In this document: in pieces, positions 17,520 to 26,400 of the stretch | How the letters are laid out: every line of letters begins with the position of its first letter | How positions within the stretch are numbered: the stretch's first letter is position 1 | Source: an uncultured Enterobacterales bacterium | Lineage (GTDB): Bacteria; Myxococcota_A; UBA796; JAFGLY01 | NCBI GenBank assembly: GCA_964512185.1 | Contig: CAZEJJ010000003.1 | Coordinates: forward strand, 36,941 to 100,940 | Reading direction: 5' to 3' | DNA length: 64,000 nucleotides | Position numbers and translations under genes: made by a program | The notes under the pieces: generated by a model | What the model was told of the DNA's origin: nothing | What the model saw: only the letters and a program-made list of their open reading frames with translations | The model's database searches: none

Positions 17520-18380
17520 TCACAGCGTCAGGACCTCTCCCGGCTCCACCTTCAGCTGCGGCAGGTCAAGGATCTCGCTGATCATGGCCGCGCCGACCTG
17601 CTCGGCCACCGGGCGGGTGAGCGCGGCGTCGGCGTCGCTCACGGGCAGGGCGAACGCGCCGCGGCTGATGTTGGCGGTCATGGTGCCGCTGTCGGCGTCT
17701 CGCACCAGGGGCTGCGGGGCCACGCGCCAGTACGGGGCCAGGTGCATGAAGGTCAGGTGGTCGCCGTCGCTCACCAGGATCATGATCTGGCGGATGCACC
17801 CCACATGCTGCCCGCCGTCCGGCCCGGACAGCAGGCGCGACTCCACGTACTCCTGCAGCAGGTTGGCGTGGCCCAGGGCCAGCGCCCCGCCCGAGCGGCG
17901 GAACGCGGCGCGCTCCAGCACCAGGATCCCCTCGCCGCAGGAGCCGAGGGGCGGCTTGGCCAGCAGGAACTCGCTGTCCAGCCCGTCGAGCCACGCCTCC
18001 ACCTTCGGCCCCCACTTGCGGTAGACGAAGGAGCGCGGCTGCAGCGCGGCGAACCGCCTGTAGGTCTGGATCTTGTCGTGGCAGATGTTGCGCAGCCCGT
18101 TGGTGACGTCCCAGCACTTGCCCAGCTCTCTGCGCAGCCGCCAGTGGGTCTTGCGGTAGTGCCGCGCCAGCTCGGGCCACAGGATGCGGAACCCCTTGCG
18201 GCCGAAGCCGTGCTGCAGCTCCACCAGGTAGACCTCGCGCTCGGGGGTGATGATGAAGTCGAGGCCGATGGGCTTGGAGAAAGGAGGCAGGGTGCCGGGG
18301 ACACGCCGCGCTCGGGGCTCCACCCGCGGATCCACGGGGGGGCGGATGGGGCGTCGGCGGCTCTTGGTTCGGCGGGCCAT
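17520..18380 (-). CDS. ATP-grasp-like ligase (YheC/YheD / TTL-like), possibly permuted
   Basis: ATG 18380. 286 aa. LAKPPLGSCGEGILVL (KP..G..G.G), LLQEYVES, TANISRGA. An EVN-like strand IGLDFIITPEREVYLVELQHGFG sits at the N-terminus instead of the C-terminus. Basic N-tail. Confidence 0.45.
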   Translation of the reverse strand: MARRTKSRRRPIRPPVDPRVEPRARRVPGTLPPFSKPIGLDFIITPEREVYLVELQHGFGRKGFRILWPELARHYRKTHWRLRRELGKCWDVTNGLRNICHDKIQTYRRFAALQPRSFVYRKWGPKVEAWLDGLDSEFLLAKPPLGSCGEGILVLERAAFRRSGGALALGHANLLQEYVESRLLSGPDGGQHVGCIRQIMILVSDGDHLTFMHLAPYWRVAPQPLVRDADSGTMTANISRGAFALPVSDADAALTRPVAEQVGAAMISEILDLPQLKVEPGEVLTL

Positions 18381-18467
18381 GGGCTTCAATACCCCGCCCG
18401 ACCCCAACTGGCAACGTGACTTTCTGCAGGGCGGAGGCGAGTATTGACCCACCCAAGGAGGATGAAT

Positions 18468-18686
18468 ATGAGACTGCTCATCGCGTTGTTGCTCTGCCTC
18501 TCGCTGGCCCTGGCCATGGGGTGCGGCAGGCGCTGCACCGCCGTGGAGGCGGCCATGTGCGCCACCGATCTTTCCACCTGCCAGAACGCCTGCGGCGGTG
18601 ATAGCCAGTGCCTGCAGAAATGCACGGACGCGTACTGCAATTGCCTGCACGACAAGGGGTGCGACAAGGCCAACAACTGTAACTAG
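18468..18686 (+). CDS. 72-aa cysteine-rich lipoprotein (single C-x3-C module)
   Basis: AAGGAGG (18455-61) lies 6 nt before ATG 18468. MRLLIALLLCLSLALAMGC lipobox, with 12 further Cys in the 53-aa mature part. Confidence 0.55.
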   Translation: MRLLIALLLCLSLALAMGCGRRCTAVEAAMCATDLSTCQNACGGDSQCLQKCTDAYCNCLHDKGCDKANNCN

Positions 18687-18695
18687 GATCAGGAT

Positions 18696-18711
18696 GCGGG
18701 CCCTGGCCCGC
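18696..18711. terminator. GC hairpin between convergent genes (GCGGGCC-CT-GGCCCGC)
   Basis: Perfect 7-bp inverted repeat in the 33-bp gap between the stops at 18686 (+) and 18720 (-). No U-tract. Confidence 0.3.
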
Positions 18712-18719
18712 CGTCCCCG

Positions 18720-20360
18720 CTACACCACCTTCAGCGTCTCTTCCCGGTCATCCAGGCCCAGGTCTTCCACCTGGTGTACGCCCGTGACCCCCGCCTCGCT
18801 CAGGGTCGCCAGCAGGTGGGGGTGGGTCATGATCAGCTCGCGGAACTTCCCGCGATCGAGGCGCAGGAACCAGCACTTGGTCTTGGTGCGCACGGTGTGG
18901 CTCGACGGCGTCCGCGTGAGCAGGGCGGTCTTGCAGAACAGCTCGCCCGTGCGCAGCGGGGACGGCACCTGGCCGTCACGGTGGACCAGGGCGTTGCCCG
19001 TGACCAGCATGTACAGGCCATCCGGCTTGCTCCCGGTCTTGACCAGCACCTGCGCGGGGCTCGCCTCGATCCAGGTGAAATGACCAATCAGCGCGCGACG
19101 TTCGTCGGGAGAGAAGGGCTGGAACAGGTCGTGGGTGCGCGTGAGGTTGCCCAGCAGCCGGTCGCGGAAGAAGCGCAGCAGCAGCCGAAAGACCGGCGGG
19201 TGCTCCAGCACCAGCGAGCGCATCAGCTGGCGTGAGATGGTCAGCACGGTGCACTCCTCCACCGCCTCCACGGTGGCCGAGCGCTCCAGGGCCGTCAGCA
19301 GCGCGTACTCGCCAAAGAACGCCCCCTCGTTGAGCAACCCGAGGGTCACCCGGGGCTTCCCCTCGCGCACCACGGCCACCGACCCGTCCACCAGGATGTA
19401 CAGGTTGTTGCCGCGGGTCCCCTGCTTGATGATCACCTTGCCCGCGCGGTACTGGCGGACCTCCACCCGCTCCACGAAGGCGGCCAGCTGCTCCTCGTTC
19501 AGGGAGGAGAGCAGCGGGATGGGCGGCAGCCTTTCGGCCAGGCCTGGCTCCTCCTCTTCCTCGTGCTCGGGCCCGCTGGTGGAGACCTCCACCTCGAGGT
19601 CGATGGGAAGCTCGTAGACGCCGGGCTTCGGCTCCTCCGCCGGCTCGTCGGGCTCGTCCTCCAGCGTGATGTCCGGGGCGCTCTCGGCCACCACCTCGGG
19701 CATCACCACCGTGATTGGGATGGAGTCGAGGGTGTCGTTGGAGGAGCGCGCCTCCGGCTCGGGGGTCGGCGCCGCGGCCGGGGGCGGCGGGGGGATGACC
19801 AGCGCCGGCTCGCTCTGGCGCGGGGCGGGCTCGGGAGTCAGCGTGACCTCGGCATCCGCGGGCACGATGTCGGGACCCTCGGCGTCCATGTCGAACTCGA
19901 TCTCATGGATCATGGGGCTCCACTGCTCCTGGTCAGGCGGCGGCGCGGCCTTCGAGGCTGCGCCTGAAATCGGGATCGAGTCGGTCCGGGAAGTGGGCGC
20001 CTCCGTCATCTCGGGTTCCCGGGGCGGGCGCAGCTTGTCCGCGGGCACGCCGTGCAGCCGGGCCAGGGTTCCCTGGATGCGCCTGTTATCCGGATCCAGG
20101 GCCAGGATCATCTTGCACAGGGCGATGGCCTTGAGCACGAACCCCTTCTCCAGGTAAGCATCTGCCGCCTTCTCGAACGCCGCCACAGCGCCGTCCTTGT
20201 GCCCCAGCTTCTGCCGCATCTCGCCCAGCTTGTGCGGCCAGCGAGGGTTGCTCGGGTCCAGCTCCGCGAGCTCGGCGTAAGCCGCCTCTGCCTGACTGTT
20301 CTTGCCCCGCTCACGCGCCTTGCGAGCGCGCTTCCTCAGTTTGGAGAAGTTCGGATCCAT
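18720..20360 (-). CDS. TPR + tandem cyclic-nucleotide-binding-domain protein
   Basis: 546 aa. N-terminal TPR-like AEAAYAELAELDPSNPRWPHKLGEM..., a Pro/Glu-rich linker, then two cNMP-binding-like domains (FFGEYALLTALERSATVEAV; LFCKTALLTRTPSSHTVRT). Confidence 0.75.
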   Translation of the reverse strand: MDPNFSKLRKRARKARERGKNSQAEAAYAELAELDPSNPRWPHKLGEMRQKLGHKDGAVAAFEKAADAYLEKGFVLKAIALCKMILALDPDNRRIQGTLARLHGVPADKLRPPREPEMTEAPTSRTDSIPISGAASKAAPPPDQEQWSPMIHEIEFDMDAEGPDIVPADAEVTLTPEPAPRQSEPALVIPPPPPAAAPTPEPEARSSNDTLDSIPITVVMPEVVAESAPDITLEDEPDEPAEEPKPGVYELPIDLEVEVSTSGPEHEEEEEPGLAERLPPIPLLSSLNEEQLAAFVERVEVRQYRAGKVIIKQGTRGNNLYILVDGSVAVVREGKPRVTLGLLNEGAFFGEYALLTALERSATVEAVEECTVLTISRQLMRSLVLEHPPVFRLLLRFFRDRLLGNLTRTHDLFQPFSPDERRALIGHFTWIEASPAQVLVKTGSKPDGLYMLVTGNALVHRDGQVPSPLRTGELFCKTALLTRTPSSHTVRTKTKCWFLRLDRGKFRELIMTHPHLLATLSEAGVTGVHQVEDLGLDDREETLKVV

Positions 20361-20366
20361 GGCGCG

Positions 20367-20372
20367 ATAATA
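20367..20372 (-). promoter_or_regulatory. -10-like TATTAT 6 nt upstream of the ATG (possible leaderless transcript)
   Basis: Minus strand reads TACTTTATTATCGCGCCATG. No SD is possible in the 6-nt gap. Confidence 0.3.
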
Positions 20373-20428
20373 AAGTATGGCGTCCGCGAGCGGAAATTCA
20401 TCCGCACAGTTCTACCTTCCGACCCACC

Positions 20429-20460
20429 CTGGCATTCTGGCGTTCTGGCACTCCGGCGTT
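20429..20460. repeat. 8-bp tandem array CTGGCATT CTGGCGTT CTGGCACT CCGGCGTT
   Basis: Four phased octamers. The reverse complement (C/T)GCC(A/G)GA(A/G) matches the array at 33093-33140. Confidence 0.6.
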
Positions 20461-20478
20461 CGCGCCCCGCAGGGGGCG

Positions 20479-23400
20479 TCAAGGCGCGCCATCCACCCTG
20501 AAGCCAGCCCAGAACGCCGGGTGTGGATACCGCCGCCGCAGGTGGAGTTGGGCCGCGCGCAGGGCCTCGGCAGGTCCCCGGTCCAGCCGGCGGAACAGGT
20601 GCTTCATCAGCAGGGCGCTACCCAGGTCGCTCACGCGGTATGTGGTCGAGACCACCCGGCGGGCGCCGGCCGCCATGAACGCGCGGTGCAGGCCCACCGC
20701 GCGCCAGGCGCCGTCCGGGTGCCCTCGCCCGGTCTCGCAGGCGCTGAGCAGCACCAGGTCCGCGGTGAGGCGCACAGCGAGCAGCTTCAGGATGGACAGG
20801 TCGCCCCCCGATAGCGCCAGGGTCGAAGAGAGGGGCGCGCGCGGGTTGAACTTGCCGTGGGTGGCCACGTGGATCCCCGCCGCGGCGGGGGCCAGGGCCA
20901 GGAAGTTGGCCACGGTGGCGTCGGCGCCGGCCACCACCCGCGTGTCGGGGTACTGCTCGGCCAGCGCCTCTGCCTCCCGTGCGGCGAAGGTCAGCGGCCG
21001 TGGCCCCTTGCCTGCCCAGGCAAAGGAGAGCCAACCCCCGGCGGGCGCCGCAGGACGGTCAGCGCCGAAGCGCCCGATGGACGCGACGCTCGGCAAGTAG
21101 GAGATGGTGCGCCGCGCGACCTCATAATCCTTGCCATCGTGAAGCGCGGCGAAGGGCACCATGTGCAGCGGCCCTGCGGGCACCACCAGCAGCCGCTCCG
21201 AACTGAGCCGGTCCGCCACCGGCGCCAGCAGCAGCCGGTGCAGCGCCCGCGCCTCGGCCCCGTCGTCGTGGTAGCTGGTCACCGCCTTGCGGTGGCGGGC
21301 CACCAGGCGCGTCAGGCGCTCACGCGTCACCGGCACCGTCTTCATGTGGAGCTGGTCGCCGCCGCCGAGCAACCAGATCACGAGCCGCCGCCGGGTGGGG
21401 TGATAGCTCACGACCTGGGCCCCCTTCACGGACCGGCCCAGGGCCACGAGGTCGTCCGCGGCTGGCGCCCCGGGCATGACCAGCCCGGGCAACCAGGGGC
21501 TGAGCGCGGCCAGGGTCTGTCGGCTCGCGGCCAGGGCTGCGCGGGCCTGCCGCGCTGCGGCCAGAGCCTTCTCCCGATCCCGGGGCGTGGTGGCTCGCAG
21601 CGCCGCCGCCCGGGCCGCGGCCAGCTCGCCCTGCCGGGCGGACACGGTCCTGGCCAGCCCCTGGGCCTGCTCCTGGGGGATCCTGCCGGCGTCCCGGCTG
21701 ACCAGGTCCGCCAGGTCCCTGGCCCTGAGCTGCTCGCTCACCGCGAGGGCCTCCTTCGCCTTGCCAGCGCCGGCGAGGGAGTCCACCAGCTCGTGGTACA
21801 GGTCCTGCTCCGACTCGTCCACGTCCGGAGCGCCGGGCGCGCGGCCGGTGCGGGGGGGGCGGTCTTCCACCAGGGAGATCCCATCACGCAGCGCTGCCCG
21901 GGCGCGCGCCTCCTGACCCTGAGCCCGGAGGGCGCGCGCCGAAAGGAGCAGGAAGCGCCACCGCCAGCTCACCAGGGCGCGGCCGGCGCTCAGGGCGAGC
22001 CCGCGCTTCACTTGCTTGCGGGCATCCGCGGGGCGGCCCGAGGCCAGCGCGAGGTGCGCCAGCCCGGCCAGGGCCTTGCACTCCACGCGCGCCGCGTCCA
22101 GCTCGCGGCCCAGCTTCGCCGCCTTGCCCAGGTGCTTGCGCGCGCCCCTGGCATCGCCGAGCTTCCCCAGGACCAACCCCAGGTTGGCCAGGTCGTTGGC
22201 CTCGCCGAAGCGGTACCCCTCGGCGCGATCGAGGGTCAGGGCCCGGGCGAACTCGCGGCGCGCCTCGGCGAACCGCGCCTGGAGCCGCAGCGCGTCGCCG
22301 CGGTTGTTGTGGCTGGCGGCGACCTCCCGCTTCTTGCCCAGGGACCGGGCCAGCGCCAGCGCGGCGTCGACGGCGGCCAGGGCCTCTTCCCCCCGGCCCA
22401 GGGCCGCCAGGATGCTCCCCCTGGCGTTGAGGAACTGCAGCCGCCTGAGACGATCTCGCGCGGCGAGGGTCACGCCCTCGTCGGCGGCCACCAGGGCCTG
22501 GCCGTGGGCGCCCAGGAAGAACAGGTTGTTCACCTCCTCCAGCAGCGCCCGCGCCCTGCCGCGGATGCCGACCTCGACGGCGAGGCGGCCGGCCTGCCTG
22601 GCTCGCGCCACGGCCTCGCCGTAGTTGCCCATGGCCCCCTTGATCCGGCTCAGCTCCAGCAACGCCTCGAGGCGCCGAGGCGCCGCCTTCTTCTGCGCCG
22701 TGGCGGGCAGCAGGTCGAGCTGCTCGAGGCTCAGCCGCGCCGCGGCCATGGCCTCCTCCAGCCGCGAGAACCGGCTCCGCTGGCGCAGGGCGACCTGCAA
22801 CGCCGCGTCCACGACCTTGACCCGGGCGCCCAGCTTCTTGCGCGCCTTCTTCAACGCCAGCAAGCTGAGGCGCAGCGCCTCGCTGGCGCTGGCCAGGGCG
22901 GTGGCGTAGTCGCCCTTCTTGTCCGCGATGGTCGAGCGCTGGCGGTGGGCGACGATGGCCCGGGTCGGGCGACCCACCGCGCCGTACATCTTTATCGCCT
23001 CGGCGTTGGCCTCCAGGGCCATGTCGTACTGCTCGGTGCGCAGCCGCAGCCACCCCATGAGCATCAGCGCCTTGATGCGGCGAGCCTGCGCCGTGAGCAG
23101 CTTCTTGTGGGCCTTCTTCAGCCCCGGCGCGCCGGCCAGCCGCTCCCTGGCAGCGGCGGCGGCCTTCACCGCCGCGGTGCGCGTGCTCAGCAGCCGCTCG
23201 GCCATGGGCACGGCGCGGGCCTGATCTTTGAGCAGGGTATAGCTGTTGGCCAGGTAGAGCAGCGTGCCGTCCAGGTACTTCTCGTCGCCCAGGTGATCCA
23301 TCAGCAGCAGCGCGCGCTCGAGCTTCTCCACGGCCTCGGGCAGGCGCTTCTTGTTGAACGCCTTGGCCCCGGCAAAGGCCAGCTTCTTGAGCTGCCGGCG

Positions 23401-26400
23401 GGCCAAAGCGCGGGCGGCCTCGCTGGCCAGGCCGCCGTACCCCATCAGCTGCAGCGCGCCGCCGGGCGCTCCTGCCGACGCGACGCGGGCCGACAGGCGG
23501 CGTCCATCCTTGCTGTCGAGCAGGCGCCGGAGCGTCTTTTGTGCGCCGCGGCTGCTGACCAGCAGCAGGGTGGGGGTGCCCATGGCGTGGGCCATGCGGC
23601 ACAGCGCGACGCGGCGCGGGCGGCTGGCCAGGACCCCGGAGCCAGCCTCCGTCACCAGCGCCAGCACATGCCCCCTCAGGGCGAGGCCGAGGGCGTGAGG
23701 CAGGCGCAGATCTTCCAGCCGGTGGCCGGTGCCCTTGCGCAGCAACAGCCTGAGGTTTGCCGGGCTCTGGCCGTCATGGCGCAGCGGCCCGGTCCAGAGC
23801 AACGCCCCGGCGCGCTCGAGCTTCAGATCCAGGTCGCTCCGGGTGAGGGCCGCGCCGGACAGCGCCTTGCCCCCGGCCAACCGGGCCAGGGAGGCAGCCC
23901 GGCGCGGGTCAGGATCAACCACCAACAGCCCCGGGGCTGCCGGGCGCGCCAGCGGGGCCGCGTCTGCCAGCTGCCACAGGGTGGCCAGCCGGACCACCTC
24001 CTTGCCGGTCAGGATCCGCTCGGGGGACAGCTCCGGGCTGATCCTGCCGAGGTCCGCGTAGACACGCGCGGCCTGCCCGGCCAGTCGCCGCAGGGCCGGC
24101 CCGAGGCGGGCCTCCCGGGCGGCGGCGTTACCGGCGGTGGGCTGGACCCGGATCATCTTCACGGCAGCGTCGGGGCCCAGGCGCACCAGCACCCAGCCGC
24201 CGTCGCCGGCCACCACGGCGGAGATGGCCACCGCGTCGGGGTCCAGGCTCGCGGCGACCCTGACCAGGGGGAAGGGCCCGGCCTCCAGCAGCCCCGCGAC
24301 CCGCGGGAACACCCGGGCCAGGGAGGTCATGGACTTGCGCGTCCTGGCCTCATCGCCTGCCTTCCACGACTGGCGCAGCGCGGCCACCGGCGCGGCGGCG
24401 CGGCCGTGTCCTGCCAGGGGCAGGCGCCACAGGTCGTCCGCGAACGCCCGGCGCTCGCGCTGCTCGGCGAAGGCCAGCGCCTCGCGCGGCTGATCCAGGG
24501 CCAGGGCGAGGTCCACGGCGCGGCCGAAGACCAGGGCCCGCACCGTGTCGGCTCGCGTGGCGTAGCCGGGGTCGAGCAGCCAGGCCGGCGCGGCCTTCAG
24601 CAGCGCGGAGACGGCGGCCTTCATGGCGGGCAGGTCGCGCCGCCTGTGGGCGAGCTCTGCCGCCACCGCGTGGCGCAGGTCGCCCTTGGTTGACGGCAGC
24701 AGCCGCTCCAGCGCGGCGGTGGTGGGGTGGTCCGCGAGGCGAGGGGGCGGCGTCAACCCGGCGGCCACCAGGGCGAGGTTCAGGCCGGCGAGCGTGTGCC
24801 ACCGGGCGCGCTCGGCCGCTGACAGCGGCCGGTGCAGCGGGGCCAGCACCCCCCTCGCCTCCAGCTCGGCGGGGTCCGTCTCCTCGGCGGCGGCGTCGGG
24901 GGCGGTCTCGGCCTGCACCCGCCGCAGCAAGGTCACCGCCTGCCGCGACGCGGCGGTCTGGTCTCGCAGGTGGCGCAGGGTCCGCTCGGCGCGTTGCGCC
25001 GCATCGGAGATGTTCCCGGCGGGGGCCGCCACCGCGCCACGCAGCCGCTGGCAGCGCAGATTCAGCAGCGCCAGATCAGTCCAGAGGGCGAGGCGCATGC
25101 GCCGGGGGAGCGGGTCCGCGCCGTCAGCGCGCGCCTGGCGCTCCCTTCGCTGGTCCAGCTGCCGAAGCCGCTGCAGCACCGGGTCCATGGCCCCGAGGCC
25201 GGCGCCGGCGTCGGTGAGCAGCTCCTCCGCCTCGTTGAGGCCAAGGGCCAGCTGCAGGTCCAGCGGGACGGCCTCGGTGGTGCTCCGGGCCAGGGCCTTG
25301 CGCGCGGCCGCCGCGGCGCGCCTGAAGGCGGCCCGGCGCCCCAGCCGCAGCTCGGCCACCCCGAGCTGGCTGTGCAGCAGCCCGAGCTCGCGATGCAGCT
25401 CCTCGTCCTTTCGCGGCTCGAGGATCTTCTGCCGGTTGGCCACCCTGCGCCGGAGCAGAGACACCACCTCGGGCCACGCCTCACCCTGGCGGTGGTTGAG
25501 TCCGCGGATGGCCAGGGACAGGTACCGCTCGTCGTCGGCGTCGAAGCCGAAGGGGGCGGTGGTTCGACCCGCCGGCCCGATGCGGGAGATCTCCTCCTGC
25601 GCGGGGACGCCGTGGCGCCCGAGGGCCTTCGCGGCGCGCTGGAGCATTTTGCCGGCCTCGGCGGCTTTGCCCTGCAGGGCGAGGTTGTACGCCATGGACC
25701 GCAGCAGCCCCGCCAGCAGCTCCCCGCGGCCGCTTCGCCGCAGCAGCGCCTCGGCGCGGGCGAAGTGACGGTTGGAGGCCTGGTGATCCCCGCGCAGGTG
25801 CGCTGTCAGCGCAAGGCGCGCCGCCACCTGGGCCTCCAGGCCACGGTCGTCCAGCGCGCGGGCCAGGTCGAGGGCGTGCTCAAGCTCGCGGGCGGCCGCC
25901 TCGTGCTGATCCAGGGCGGTGGAGGCGCGGCCGAAGGTGAGCCTGAACATGGCCTCCCGCTGTCGCTGGCGAAACGGAATCCGCAGGCGATGGCGGCGCG
26001 CGCAGAAGCGGTGCGCCTGGGTCCAGCCGTTGCCGAGGTTGGCGAAGGCGTTGCACAGGTTGACCAGCAGGTCGGCCTCGGTCTGCAGGTCGAGCTTCGG
26101 GTCGTTGAGCGCCCTGGCCCGCTCGTACAGGGTGATCGCCTCCTCCAGGTGAGCGCGATGTCGCTGCCCCAACAAGCGCTCGCGCATCTCGTGCACCCAG
26201 CCGAGGGTCATGTGCCCGAACGGGGAGCGCGGCGCCAGCCCGATCACCCGCCTGAGGCGCTCCTCCGCCCGCCCCAGCGCGTCCTCGTCCACCGGCTCGG
26301 AGAGGGTGTCCAGGTAGGCCAGCCCGTAGTGCCCCGCGGCGTCGGTGGGGGACCGGCCCACGCGCGCCAGGTAGCGGGCCCGCAACGCCTCGCGCTGCCC

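Noticed and set aside
18468-18686. Cys-rich 72-aa peptide as an ATP-grasp-modified RiPP precursor (graspetide/microviridin-like).
   Set aside because: It has a Sec/lipoprotein signal peptide and lipobox rather than a leader peptide. It lacks the Thr/Ser-Asp/Glu-Lys core pattern, and it belongs to a lipoprotein module family seen elsewhere in the window.
20445-20461. TGGCAC inside the octamer array as a sigma-54 -24 box.
   Set aside because: It is followed by TCCGGCGTTC, so there is no GC at the -12 position. It is on the + strand with no downstream + strand gene, and it is explained by the octamer repeat.
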